Source: the human T2T-CHM13v2.0 reference genome, Homo sapiens. Taken from it: a stretch of 64,000 nt of DNA. The notes under the pieces were generated by a model. It did not search any database and was not told the origin of the DNA. It saw nothing but the letters and a program-made list of their open reading frames with translations. This document shows positions 44,034 through 58,167 of this stretch, in pieces (position 1 is the first letter of the stretch; each line of letters starts with the position of its first letter). Where the stretch lies: the NCBI RefSeq assembly GCF_009914755.1, contig NC_060947.1, one strand, 5' to 3'. The position numbers were made by a program, and so were the translations under genes.

Positions 44034-45410
44034 GTTATTTTACTAAATAGTTTAAGGTTTAGCTATTTTCATTAAACCTTTATTAATGTCTTATTTGTCA
44101 AAAATTACACAAGCAAAGATCATTCTGTTTTGGGCTGGGTTTATAGTTTTGTAACACTTATGCAAAATTTTGACACCTAATAGTATTTGGCAGGGATAAG
44201 TGTGAAATCACTTGATCAATAAATTCAAACAAAAATGTATGCTGGCAATTCTTAAGACATTTCTAATACTACTTTACCAATAATTTTAAAGCTAGCTTAT
44301 TTATTAAAGATTTTACTTAAGTCACATAAACTTGAAAAAGCATATGACTGGTCTTTTTTTGATTTAAGCTCTTGTATTTTTCTTAAGCCAATTAATTAGA
44401 GCTCTTTTGTATATATTTAGCAGTGAAACATTGTGTACAGAACACATAGATACATAGATGTATTAGACATGCCTATAGAAGTACATCTTATAGATTTATA
44501 AGACCTCTTTTTTTATTTTCAAATTTTAAATTCTTGATAACCTGTTTCATTACCCTTGGCAATTGTTACCCTACATCACTTTAAATTTGCATATTGAAGG
44601 AAATAACTCGTAGGTGAAAAATCAGATAGTAAAATTTACATCACAAAGTAGAGAGAGAAAAAGTCTAGTGTACTAGAGGGTAATTAAAACTGATTTAATT
44701 GAAATTTAAACATAAAAGTATAGAAATCTATCATAAAGGCCTTTTAAATATATATATACCCACACGTACACACCCTCACACACAAAGGTCCCATAACTTA
44801 TGCTTCAGAACCCTAGCCATAAGATAATACAAATTTGGAAAACAAAACAAAAACAAAAACAAAAAACATTTGGATCCAAACAGTGTTTTTATCTCAGTGG
44901 AAAAGTAACATTAGCTTTAAAGCAGGCAGAAAATAAAATAAAGGAAAAAGGTAACTTAGGAACTCTATAGTTTGCAGGTTGACCTTAGGGCTCTTTTTGC
45001 TTGATGTAAATGTACACAAAGACCATAATATTTCCATTTTACACAAACTCTAGGAAGTAGAGGCACCATAAAACTAGCAGAGTGCCCCAAAGGGGGACAT
45101 TCTCCTTGTTTTCTCCTCATTCTTAGATTGTTTCCCACTTTTGTTTCTTTCTTAAAAGAATAAACTGAACTGTGGTCTAGGGTTTTCGTGGAGTGGGTCC
45201 AAGTGTGTGCTGGTTGCAAGCAGGACTTCACAGTGTCACCAGTGAGTTATTACCACCCTCTTGCATGTCCCAGTTTCTCTCTCCAGAGGTCTAAGCACCT
45301 CCAGGAGGGCTCAAAGCGCTGAGTGAACAGCTCCTATATGTGCTTCCTGGACAAGCCTTTTTTAAACTAAATGTATTGGGAATTTCCTGTAGGGCCACTG
45401 CGTGTCATGG

Positions 45411-46995
45411 TGTGTCCGGAATTGGTGGGTTCTTGGTCTCACTGACTTCACGAATGAAGCCGCGGACCCTGGCAGTGACTGTTACAGCTCTTAAGATGGC
45501 ACATCTGGAGTTTGTTCCTTCTGATGTTCGGATGTGTTTGGAGTTTCTTCCTTCTGGTTAGTTCGTGGTCTCGCTGGCTCAGGAGTGAAGCTGCAGACCT
45601 TCGTGGTGAGTGTTACAGCTCTTAAGGCGGAGCATCTGGAGTTGTTCGTTCCTCCCAGTGGGCTCGTGGTCTCGCTGGCTTCAGGAATGAAGCTGCAGAC
45701 TTTTGCAGTGAGTGTTACAGCTCATAAAAGCAGTGCGGACCCAAAGAGTGAGCAGTAGCAAGATTTATTGCAAAGAGCTAAAAAACAAAGCTTCCACAGT
45801 GTGGAAGGGGACCGGAGCGGGTTGCCACTGCTGGCTCCCGCAGCCTGCTTTTATTCTCTTATCTGGCCCCACCCACATCCTGCTGATTGGTAGAGCCCAG
45901 TGGTCTGTTTTGACAGGGGCTGATTGGTGCCTTTACAATCCCTGAGCTAGACACAAAGGTTCTCCACCTCCCCACCAGATTAGCTAGATACAGAGTTTCA
46001 ACACACAGGTTCTCCAAGGCCCCACCAGAGTAGCTAGATACAGAGTGTCGATTGGTGCATTCACAAACGCAGAGCTAGACACAGGGTGCTGATTGGTGTG
46101 TTTACAAACCTTGAGCTAGATACAGAGTGCCGATTGGTGTGTTTACAATCCCTGAGCTAGACATAAAGGTTCTCCAAGGCCCCACCAGAGTAGCTAGATA
46201 CAGAGTGCGGATTGGTGCATTCACAAACCCTGAGCTAGACACAGGGTGCTGATTGGTGTGGTTACAAATCTTGAGCTAGATACAGAGTGCCCATTGGTAT
46301 AATTACAATCCCTGAGCTAGTCATAAAGGTTCTCCACATCCCCACCAGACTCAGGAGCCCAGCTGGCTTCACCCAGTGGATCCCGCACAGGGGCTGCAGG
46401 TGGAGCTGCCTGCCAGTCCCGCGCCGTGCACCCACACTCCTCAGCCCTTGGGTGGTCGATGGGACTGGGCGCTGTGGAGCAGGGGGCGGCGCTCATCGGG
46501 GAGGCTGGGGCCGCACAGGAACCCACAGAGCGGGTGGGAGGCTCAGGCATGGCGGGCTGCAGGTCCCGAGCCCTGCCCCGCGGGAAGGCAGCTAAGGCCC
46601 AGTGACAAATCGAGCGCAGCCCCGGTGGGCTGGCACTGCTGGGGGACCCAGTACACCCTCCGCAGCCGCTGGCCCGGGTGCTAAGCCCCTCACTGCCCGG
46701 GGCCGGCAGGGCCAGCCGGCTGCTCCGAGTGCGGGCCTGCCAAGCCCACGCCCACCTGGAACTCCAGCTGGCCCGCAAGCGCGCGCAGCCCTGGTTACCA
46801 CTCACGCCTCTCCCTCCACACCTCCCTGCAAGCTGAGGGAGCCGGCTCTGGCCTTGGCCAGCCCAGAAAGGTGCTCCCACAGTGCAGCAGTGGGCTTAAG
46901 GGCTCCTCAAGTGCCGCCAAAGTGGGAGCCCAGGCAGAGGAGGCGCTGAGAGCGAGCCAGGGCTGTGAGGACTGCCAGCATGCTGTCACCTCTCA
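45411..46995 (-). mobile_element. LTR12C solo LTR (ERV9)
   Basis: Minus strand runs TGAGAGGTGACAGC...TTCCGGACACA, 1585 bp, with tandem CCAAT repeats. Flanks atgg/gtgg. Confidence 0.95.
45845..46330 (-). promoter_or_regulatory. LTR12C U3 enhancer/promoter repeats
   Basis: Eight ATTGG (CCAAT) boxes between about 45886 and 46298, repeated tagata motifs, and an AATAAAA TATA-like box near 45849-45855 on the minus strand. Activity not shown. Confidence 0.7.
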
Positions 46996-48471
46996 GTGGG
47001 AAGGTCAAACCCCTGACACTCTCATGAGGCCCCTGTTCACCAAGAAGCACCTTTCGGCTGGGAGGAGCAAAATGCCCTTTCTCTTTGGAGCTGAGGAAAC
47101 TCAGTCTCTTATTTACGTGTGAAAACAACAGTTCAATTCTTCACACAAATGTTCACAGACAAGCCAAATCGAGATTAATTTGGGGAGAAAAAGCAATGGA
47201 GAAGTCCCTTTGGAAAGCATCTCTGAACCAGAAGGAGGATTCTTAAACAACAACTTCCTAAGAAAAAAAAGAAAAAAAAAAAAAAACAGCCAAGACCACT
47301 TCCTGTATTTTGTAGCTCTTGTCTGCCATTACATACACCAAGGTCAAATCCTCTCACAGTACAAGGTAATCTCTAGTACCCCCAAAGCCAAATAGGTCAG
47401 GTAATGCAATACAGGAAAGCAGAGCTTTAGACCTAAGAAGAATCTGCTCATGACTCTTGAAACTCCACAAAGAAAACAGAACACCCCCAAAGGGGTGAGT
47501 GGTACTTTGTTCTGAGTTCTTTAAGGGATTTGAGTCACTAGAAGCCTTCTCTATATTTTTCTTGGTACTGAAGACAGCAAAGGAGATATAGGGTGGAAGG
47601 AAAGTAAACAAAGTAACAATTTTTTTAAGACAAGAAGGAAACACAGAAACCAAGCACATGGTTTTATCTCCCTCTTTTTGCAGCTGAGAGGAATTTTAGC
47701 TAATTCAGAGAGGCCTTGTTACCCATAATTTGGAATTCTCATTTGGATTTTGTCAAGTCAGGTAGAGTTAGTCAAATCTGACTGGAGAAAGACCAGAAGA
47801 AACAACAAAAAATCCCCTACAATATGATCACTGAGCACTTTAATGGTTAGGAGAAATTAAAATCAGCTGGTTGTTAATCTTAACTTTAGCCAAGACATAA
47901 ATAAACCCCAATTCAGTTACTTACCTAGGGATGGGTCTCAGGCTGAAGACTGCTCTCTACCACACTAGAAGCGGGAGAAAACTTAAACCTGCCTTTCCCA
48001 TTGCAAGTGAGCTCAAACTCCAGAAAGGAGTTACCTGCCTTCCATTATCATGAAAGCAGGAAAACTTGCCTTCCTGTTGGAGGCAAGTAAAACTCCAAAA
48101 AAAAAAAGGTGTTGTATAGTAAAATAAACTTTAGATCTCAACTAAATTTGAGGAGATCAGGGATTTTCTGGAGGTGGGGGCTTCCAGGCCTCAGCAAATT
48201 GTCCTATTGGTTTGAGCCATAAAGATAGCTAAAACTGGTACCAAACACCAATAAAAGGTTTGTCAAAGGTCAGGGGCACCTCCACTCAGAATCCCTCCAT
48301 GGTTAACAAATGTGAACCCCAAATATCTGAGACAGGTCTCAGTCAATTTAGAAAATTAATTTTGCCAAGGTTAAGGACACAGGCCCATGGCACAGCCTCA
48401 GGAGGTCCTGATGATGTGTTCCCAAGGTCGTCAGGGCATAGCTCGGTTTCATACATTTTAGGGAGACATGA

Positions 48472-49142
48472 TATTAACAGTGGAAGGTATCTGAGTTACC
48501 AGCAGCAAGTCTATATGGGTCTGCAACAACCTCAATTCTTGCCTCCTCAGAAGAAGGAATTTGCCTGAGGGGCATAAAGCAGAAAAAGAGACGAAGCCAA
48601 GATTCAGAGCAAGATTGGAAGTTTATTTTAAAAAGGCTTTAGAACAGAAAAGAAAGAAAGAAAAGTATGCTTGGAAGAGACCCAAGTAAGCACTGAGGTC
48701 AAGTGCAGTGTTTAACCTTGATTCTAGGACTTTATAGGCTGGCCCCTTTCCCATGATTGTTCCCTTAGGGTGGGCTCCCTTCATGCCCAGTGCCCTCTTT
48801 ACCCTTGGAAGGTGAGCACGTGCAATGTGTTTAGGTAGTTGTATGCATGCCCTTCTGAGCCTTTCTTCCCTTCTCCAGTGGTGTGCCCCTGGAAGGTCAT
48901 ACTCTGCTATTTTGTCACTTAATGCACATGCCGGGGAAGTTGTGTCTTGCTGGTGCCTGCATTCAGTTAACTCTTTAGTGCAAGACCATCAGGAAATGAC
49001 CTCTCCCTGACACCGGCTGCCAATTATTCACTTTTAGAGAGGCAGTGTGATCATTGTCAAACCATCACCTGGCATTCCTAGTGGCTGGGAGAAGAGACCT
49101 CTCCTGCCCCGCCCGTGCATGCCTGTCTAACTACCTGTAACA
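48472..49142 (-). mobile_element. LTR9B-like solo LTR inserted in the MER4A 5' LTR
   Basis: Minus strand begins TGTTACAGGTAGTTAGACAGGCATG. MER4A sequence stops at gggagacatga and resumes at caatcaatatatgtaagatg. Confidence 0.8.
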
Positions 49143-50027
49143 ACTAGATAACAATCAATATATGTAAGATGTACATTGGTTTGGTCTGGAAAGATGGGAC
49201 AACTCGAAGCAGGGAGGGGGCTTCCAAGTAAGCGACAAAGGGTTGCATTCTTTTGAGTTTCTGATTAGCCCTTCCAAAGGAAACAATCAGATATGCGTTT
49301 ATCTCAGTGAGCAGAGGGATGACTTTGAATGGAATGGGAGGCAGGTTTTCCCTAAGCAGTTCCCAGCTTGACTTTTCCCTTTAGTTTACTGATTTGGGGA
49401 GTCCCAAGATTTATTTTCCTTTCATAGTATTATCCCTCCATGTATGTTGCAAATGCATAAAAATTCCCTAAAAGGGTTTATACCTGAATGGGGAAAAATA
49501 GCTTTAACTCCAATTTAAATAAAAAAGCAGGATTAAATACAGAATATTCAATAGGAGCATTTTCTAAATTGAAAACTGTAAGTCTTTCTGAAATATAAAC
49601 CCTAAATTGTAATATTTCTTGGTCTAATCCTTATTCTGTACTATAAATCAAAGCTTTATCCAGGGAACACAAATGCAAATAGAAATGAGTTTATGATTCT
49701 GAGATGGTTTAAAGATGAGTAAAATCCAGGATGAGGTTAAAAAATCTGAGTATATATTTAGATTCTAAAATGCTGAAGTCAAGTAGCAGTTTTCTGCGTT
49801 AAATTCAAATTTCATTCAGGGGCCCTATCAAGTTGCATCCCTTTCTCCTGTTTCTCACATTCCAGTTACAGTCAACTCCTTGCTTTCTGTCCTGTGAAGC
49901 AATGCCTCCAGGTACCTTTCCAGGACAGAACATTCTTTCAGTGTAGGAAGATTTTGTCAGGAAGCATTCTTAGTTAACCCCATTCTGCCCATTCATGTTC
50001 TTATTGTGAGTTGACTTAATTTGCTGC

Positions 50028-50908
<881 letters not shown>

Positions 50909-52850
50909 CTCCAAAATGGCTTCCTGTAACACCAATTTATTTGGTGCTGATTATGTGCAATTTTTAAAAATAAGTAGCCTACTGGAACATAAGAAATAAT
51001 CATCTTTATCCACAATATCCAAATGCCACATTCTCCATAGAGCTTTCTCTGTTCACCTACTTGGAATTACATTCCACATTTTTTCATCTTTATAATTACT
51101 TTGCAACTTTTGCTAATTTATATTTATTATGCTATGTGTTGTGGTTACTTGTTTGTGTGTGTGAGACATATTTCTGGGTTTATATTTAAATAGAATTAAA
51201 ATAATAAGAGTAATCTATATTTTGCTTGCTTGCTCTTTTCTTCTACCTGGTAATTCAAATCCCAGACTTCTACAAAGATCTCATTCTCACTTATATCTGA
51301 GAAAACCAATGGAGTAGGTCATGGATGCTTATGAATGAAATCTGTGTTACTATATGATAGTGACCATGTGACTTCTTATTCTCTGAATTTTCTCCCATTA
51401 ATCACCACTGATGCTGACAAATTAGAGGTTGGTCTAAGATTTCTAAGAGTCCTTAATATTCTTGTATTCTTGTGTTAATAGCTTTTTCAGTTTCTTCTTG
51501 CAGCCTTCTCTAACCTAGAGCTCAGAAATCAGTTTACTGAAAAAGGACAGAGAATAAAAATTGAGACAAGCACTCTACTGTTCTCCACGTTCATTCAAGC
51601 ACTCACAGGCTTAACATAATTGTGTATATATATTTCTGCCTTTCTGCTCCAACCAGGCCAAAATTTAAACCCAGCCATTTCTAAATTTAGGGAGTGAATG
51701 TGGCTGATATGGAAGCCACGGCCTCTGGTATACAACTGTACCCTAAAGAGCCTTTGAACTCTGTAGACTCTGAGGATACTGTCTTCTGCATCTGCATGTC
51801 CAACAGCAACCAGCACAGTGCTTGGCATATACAATGTGCTCAATATATCTAGGTTGAATAAATGCGTTATCTCCAATGACTTGTAATGTAAATTCTATGA
51901 GTAATAGAGTCTTACTACAGTTCTTTAATTTACCCACATATATAGTGCCATAATCTATAAAAAGCTGCCTTTGAGTTAAGAGATTTCAATTTTAAAACAG
52001 AAAATTGTAATTGTGTAATAAATGCTAGAGATATAGTCTTCATACTGATTTTAAAACCCACATTACTCTCATGTGATTATATTTACTCTACTTTTCTTCC
52101 TAGTTCAAACTCTTGAAATGTGGCCTATGTTTTTCTTCTTTACATCCTCAAATCCTATCCTCTGCAAAACCTACTGCAATTTGGCTTTTGCTTTAACCGC
52201 ACACTAAAATTGTGCTTACCAAGGTCACCAAAATCATCCTAATTGCTTAATCCAATAAACAGCCTTCATTCCATGCCTTAGTTGAGCACTTTACACAAGT
52301 TGATTAAGTGAACAATAATTCTATCTTTAAAATATTTATTTCTTGGTTTACATGAGACTGTATTACATGATATACTTACACGATACAGAAAGGTGGCTCA
52401 AATAATGGCAGAGATTAAATTTCCTGATAGCCAAGATAGGTGTTTGAAGCACCTTTAATATGATTTAGAGAAATTTTAAAATGTAATTTATCATTTCTCC
52501 AAAAGGTTAGTATAATTTATACTAAATATATTATACTTTATATATATTACAAGGCCCATAAGCAAGAGAGAGTATGGCATATGTTATATACTTAAAGTAA
52601 TTCAGAACCTTAGCAGTGTAGTGTAGTCTAATCTAAGAGCTGGCAAATAATTAGGTAGCAAATTATGGAAGAAAGGAGGTGGAAGGTTTTCTGAGTGCAT
52701 CTCAGTCCTAAGAGACATCGTGTGAAAGAGTAGTTGGAGAAAAAATATGACATGTCTGAGTAACTTCAAGAAATGTGTTGTTCATGAACTATTTCCAGTA
52801 GCATTTTGATAACAAAATTTGAAACATAAAAGAGAGAACTGGGTTGGAGA

Positions 52851-53397
52851 TGTGAAAGGAAAATAAATCTTTGGACCCCGAAATCACTAAGTTAAAGGGA
52901 AAAGTCAAGCTGGGAACTGCTTAGGGCAAACCTACCTCCTTCACAATTTGCCTAAAGGAAATTACTTGTGGACAAAGGACAGATAGAACTCAAAGTCATC
53001 CCTCTGAGGCTCACCTGAGACAAATATATATCTGATTGCTTCCTCTGCCATATTGTTTATGTAAAAATGCAGATTCATGGAGATAGACTAAATTGTATAT
53101 TCAGTAGAAAGCTGATCAAGGATTCAAAAGAATGCATCCTTTTGTCTCTTACCTACTTCTAACCTGGAAGCTCCCACTTCCAGTTGTCCCACCTTACTGG
53201 ACTGAACTAATGAACACATTACACATATTGAATGATGTCTTATGTCACTCTAAAATGTATAAAAGCAAGTTGTACCCCGACCACCATGAGCACATGTCAT
53301 CAGGACTTCCAGAGGCTGTGTCACAGCTGTGTCCTTACTTTGGCAAAATAATATTCCCAAATTAACTGAGACTTGTGTCCGATATTTGGGGTTCACA
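52851..53397 (+). mobile_element. MER4A-type solo LTR inside an L2 relic
   Basis: tgtgaaaggaaaataaatct...gatatttggggttcaca. Perfect TSD GAGA. Confidence 0.9.
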
Positions 53398-54138
53398 GAG
53401 AGTTGGTATTTATCAGCTTATATTAATAGAAAATATGAGAATATTTACAGAGAAGAGAAAAGGTCTTAGGACAAATTTATCAATACTTAAAGATGGAGAA
53501 AGAGCTGAAGGCTGCAAAATGATAAAGAAAGAGACACTAGAGGAATGAGAAAGAATCAGGAGAATATCCTATCAAGTAAGCCAAGAAATGAATATTTTAA
53601 AGACAGAGTTGTTGTTAACTTAATCAACATCTGTAAAGGGCTCAACCAAGGCATGTAATGAAGACTGTTTATTACATTTAGCAATTAGGATGACTTTGGT
53701 GACCCTAGCAAGCACAATTATAATGTGTAGTTAAAGCAAAAGCCAAATTGCAGTAGGTTTTGGAGAGGATAAGATTTAAGGATATAGAGAAGAAAAACAT
53801 AGGACACATTTCAAGAGTTCGAACTAGAAAGGAAAGTAAATACAATCACATGAGAGTGATGTGGGTTTCAAGATTACTGTATGGAGACCATATCTCCATA
53901 TTCCCTCTGCTTACATGGGTTTAAAATAATTTCAGGTTTACATTTTGCTACCAAAAAAGGGGGAGGGGACCCTGTTCTTAGTTATAATTGTTGTCCTAGA
54001 AATACTTATTATCCAAGTTCATGTAGTCCATTTAACATGGAAATTACCAATGTTTTTGTGCCAAGCATGTGAACAGGGATCTTCTCTTTAGCTCCCAAGG
54101 ATATGGGACTTGGTATTAATTCTTGACCACCTGCTACT

Positions 54139-56459
54139 TGATATAGTTTGGCTGTGTCCCCACCCAAATCTCATCTTGAATTGTAGCTTCCATAATCCCC
54201 ACATGTCCTAGGAGGGACCTGATGGGAGGTAATTGAAATATGGGGTCAGGTCTTTCCCATGCTGTTCTCCTGATAGTGAATAAGTCTCACGAGATCTGAT
54301 GCTTTTATAAAGGGCAGTTCCCTTGCTCACACTCTCTTGCCTGCCACCATGTAAGAAGTGCCTTTGCTTCTCTTTTGCCTTCCGCCATGATTGTGAGGCC
54401 TCCTCAGCGATGTGAAACTGTGATTCCATTAAACTTCTTCCCTTTATAAATAACCCAGTCTTGGGTATGTGATTATTAGCAGCATGAGAACAGATTAATA
54501 CAGTAAATTGGTACCAGGTAGTGGGGCACTGCTGTAAAGATATCCAAAAATGTGGAAGCAACTTTGGAACTGGGTAACAGACAGAAGTTGGAACAGTCTG
54601 GGGGGATCAGAACAATACAGGAATATGTGGGAAAGTTTGAAACTTCTTAGAGACTTGAAGGGCTCAGAAGACAGAAAGATGTGGGAAAGTTGGGAACTTC
54701 CTAGAGACTTGTTGAATGGCTTTGAGCAAAATGCTGATAGTGATATGGACAATAAAATCCAGGCTGAGGTGGTCTCAGATGGAGATGAGGAACTTCTTGG
54801 GAACTGGGACAAAGGTGATTCTTGTTATGCCTTAGCAAAGAGACTGGTGGTATTTTACCCCTCCCTGCCCTAGAGATCTGTGGGACTTTGAACTTGAGAG
54901 AGATGATTTAGGGCATCTGGTGGAAGAAATTTCTAAGGAGCAAAGTGTTCAAGAGGAAGCAGAGCATAAAAGTTTGAAAGATTTGCAATCTGAGGATGTG
55001 ATACAAAAGAAAAACCCATTTTCTAGGGAGAAATTCATGCTGGCAGCAGAAATTTGCATAAGTAACCAGGCACCAGATGCTAATCACCAAGACAATGAGA
55101 AAAATATCTCCAGGGCATGTCAGATACCTTTGCATCAACCCTTCCCCTCAGAGGCCTGGAGGCCTAGGAGAGAAAAATTGTTTCCTGGGCTGGGTCCAGG
55201 GACCCCCTGCTGTGTGCAGACTCTGGACTTGATGCCCTGCATCACCACCACTCCAGGCTCAAGCCATGGCTAAAAGGGGCCAAGGTACAGCTTGGGCTGT
55301 GCCTTCTGAGGATGCAAGCCCAAGGTATTGGCAGCTTTCATGTAGTGTTGAGCCTGTGGGTGCACAGAAATCAAGTATTGATGTTTGGGAACCTCTGCCT
55401 AGATTTCATAGAATATATGGAAATGCCTGGATGTCCAGGCAGAGGTGTGATGCAGGGGCAGAGCCCTCATGGAGAACCTCTGCTAGGGTAGTGCAGAGTG
55501 GAAATGTGGGGTGGGAGCCCTCACACAGAGTTCCCACTAGGGCACTGCCTAGTGGAGCTGTGAGAAAAGGGCCACCATCCTTCAGACCATAGAATGGTAG
55601 ATCCACCTGCAGCTTGCACCATGTGCCTGGAAAAGCTGCAGACACTCAATGCAAGCCCATGAAAGCAGCTGGGAGTGGGGCTGTACCCTGCAAAGCCGCA
55701 GGGGTGGAGCTGCCCAAGACCATGGGAACCCAGCTCTTGCATCAGCGTGACCTGGATGTAAGACATGAAGTCAAAGGAGATTATTTTGGAGCTTTAAGAT
55801 TTGACTGCCCTGCTGGATTTTGGGCTGGCATGAAGCCAGTAGCCCCTTCATTTTGGCCATTTTTTTCCATTTGGAATGGGTGTATTTACCCATTGCCTGT
55901 ACCCCCATTGTATCTAGGCAGTAACTAACTTGCTTTTGATTTTACAGGCTCATATGCCTGTAAAAGGAACTTGCCTTTTCTCAGATGAGACTTTGGACTG
56001 TGGAGTTTTGAGTTAAGACTTTGGTGGACTGTTGGGAAGGCATAATTGGTTTTGAAATGTGAGGCCATGAGATTTGGGAGGAGGCCAGGGCTGGAATGAT
56101 ATGGTTTGGCTCTGTGTTTCCACCCAAATTGTATCTGTAATTGTAGCTCCCAAATCCCCACATGTCATGGGAAGGACCTGGTAGCAGGTAATTGAATCTT
56201 GGGGGCAGGTTTTTCCTGTGCTTTTCTCCTGACAGTGAATACATCCTATGAGATCTAATGGTTTTATAAGGGGGAGTTCCCCGTACATGCTCTCTTGCCT
56301 GCCACCATGTAAGACATGCCTTTGCTTCTGCTTTGCCTTCCACCATGATTGTGAGGCCTCTTGAGCCAGTGGAACTATGTGTCCATTAAACCTCTTTTTT
56401 TTATAAATTACCCAGGCTCAGGTATGTATTTATTAGCAGTGTGAGAACAGACTAATACA
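54139..56459 (+). mobile_element. Full-length THE1 (B/C-like): LTR 54139-54502, internal 54503-56096, LTR 56097-56459
   Basis: Two THE1 LTRs (tgata..gtttggct...taataca) flanking a THE1 internal region starting gtaaattggtacc. Flanks ctact/ctatc. Confidence 0.93.
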
Positions 56460-56868
56460 CTATCCCTCCCACTCCATATGCATATATGGTTATACCACTT
56501 ATTCAGAGGTTCCCTCACCACTTAGGATGCTGTGCTGGAGTTAAACCTAAGTTCCCTAGCATTCTTATAAACCCCAATCTCTAGTTCCACCCAATCTTTC
56601 TAGGAAAATCACCATCTCCTCACAATATTCAGACCATTTACCTTTGCTTTATTCAGAGAATTAGCATCCATACGTTTTTATCTTGAAAATATTCACCACA
56701 ATCTTCTTTAAAGGATTTGACACATAAAGAATCGTAACTTTCCTGCAAACGTGTTACTGGAGATATGAGTATAGATGTAGTGAACTCACTCCTGTATAAA
56801 CGAACATGGGCCCTTCTCTTCCATGGTTGGGGGAAAGAAGTGCCTTAGTTTTTATTTATTAAGAAACC

Positions 56869-57396
56869 AAATGCTTACATACTATGGGTAGAAATGTAGA
56901 TTACCTCAGCCACTGTGGAAAGCAGTTTGTAGATTTCTCAAAGAACTTAGAACTATCATTCCAGCCAGCAATCCTGTTACTGGGTATATATCCAAAGGAA
57001 TATAAATTGTTCTACCATAAAGACTCATGCACACATATGTTGATTGCAGCACTATTCACAATAGCAAAGACATGGAATTAACTTAGAAGCCCATCAAGGG
57101 TGGACTGGACGAAGACAATGTGGTACATATAGCCATGGAATACTACGCAGCTATACAAAATGAGATGATGGCCTTTGCTGCTACATGGATGCAGTCAGAG
57201 TCCATTACCCTAAGCAAATTAATGTAGGAACAGAAAGCCAAATATTGGGAGTTTTCACTTATCCATGGGAGCTAAACATTGAGTACTCATGAACATAAAG
57301 ATGGGAATAATAGACTCTAGGGACTACTGAAGTGGGGAGACAGAGAGAAGAGCAAGGGCTGAAAAACTACCTAACAGGTACTATGCTCACAACCTG
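56869..57396 (+). mobile_element. L1PA15/16-like ORF2 end and 3' UTR fragment
   Basis: cagccactgtggaaagcag...AILLLGIYPKEYKLFYHKD...ggtactatgctcac. Confidence 0.8.
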
Positions 57397-57639
57397 TTCA
57401 GTTGCCATGCAGAGGTGTTTTTCACTTGGCATTTTTCTAGGTCCCAGACTCCATAATCTACCAATTACATGACCTTATCTAACTTGTTTCTTCGAGAGAT
57501 GAACCCTTCAATGTCTTTCACAGTCTTTCAAAGAATCTGAAGAACTGATATGAATCAAATCAAACCACTAAAAGCCTGGTGCTTAACCATTGCCCTGAGA
57601 TCTAATCTGGGAGTGGACAAATATTTGTTATATTTCTGA

Positions 57640-57830
57640 TAAGGTACACACTAGCTGTGACTTTTAGCAAAGTCAACTTCAATATTTGATACTCATTTTT
57701 CTCCTTCATAAGATAAATATAATAGTATACATTTCAAAGCATTGTTATGATGATTAAATGAGATTATAAATAAAATTGAGCATTTACCATAAACCTGGTA
57801 CATAGTAAAGGGCCAATAAAATGTAGCTAT
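57640..57830 (+). mobile_element. MIR
   Basis: ctagctgtgact...gatgattaaatgaga...cctggtacatagtaa. Confidence 0.65.
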
Positions 57831-58167
57831 ATAATTATTTACTAAAACTTTATTTTGATGATATAGTCCATAATTTCCTCTGCAAAATTCTCATAGTTAG
57901 AACTCCATGACTAGAACTTTTAAAACAATTCTGTACTATATCCTCAGAGGAGTGACAGCGAATTCTTCAAAATGTTTTTCCAAAACCTAGGCTCTCAGAA
58001 GGAGGAAGCTCATGTTATTTTTTCCGGCCCAATCGCGAGTTGGTTGCATAAATTATCTTCAAGGCAATAATGTCTTTTTACTCTGCGTATTTTTACGTTA
58101 AATTAATGCAAATGAACAATAACATGAAGATATAATTAAGCACAGTATCTAAGAAATAAGGAGATGT

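Larger units (their letters stand above)
39751..49426 (-). mobile_element. MER4A-type ERV1 provirus (two LTRs plus non-coding internal region)
   Basis: 3' LTR 39751-40177 with a purine tract next to it on the minus strand. 5' LTR 48311-49426. Degenerate PBS next to 48310 (minus: TTTGTTAACCATGGAGGGA). Perfect TSD GTAT at 39747-39750 and 49427-49430. Confidence 0.9.

Noticed and set aside
45930-46330. Array of about 40 bp gagctagat(a/c)aca...gattgg repeats
   Set aside because: Known LTR12/ERV9 U3 enhancer repeats, not a new array.
46287-47128. Many overlapping ORFs up to 187 aa
   Set aside because: GC-rich LTR12C U3 is poor in stop codons; no coding signature.
54550-55928. Chain of 104-117 aa plus-strand ORFs
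   Set aside because: Frameshifted remnants of the known THE1/MaLR internal ORF.
56869-57396. L1 fragment covering nearly the segment missing from the L1 at 26285
   Set aside because: It overlaps the retained part by about 55 bp with different mutations and stops short of the rejoin point. An independent copy of a common subfamily is more likely than a relocated piece.
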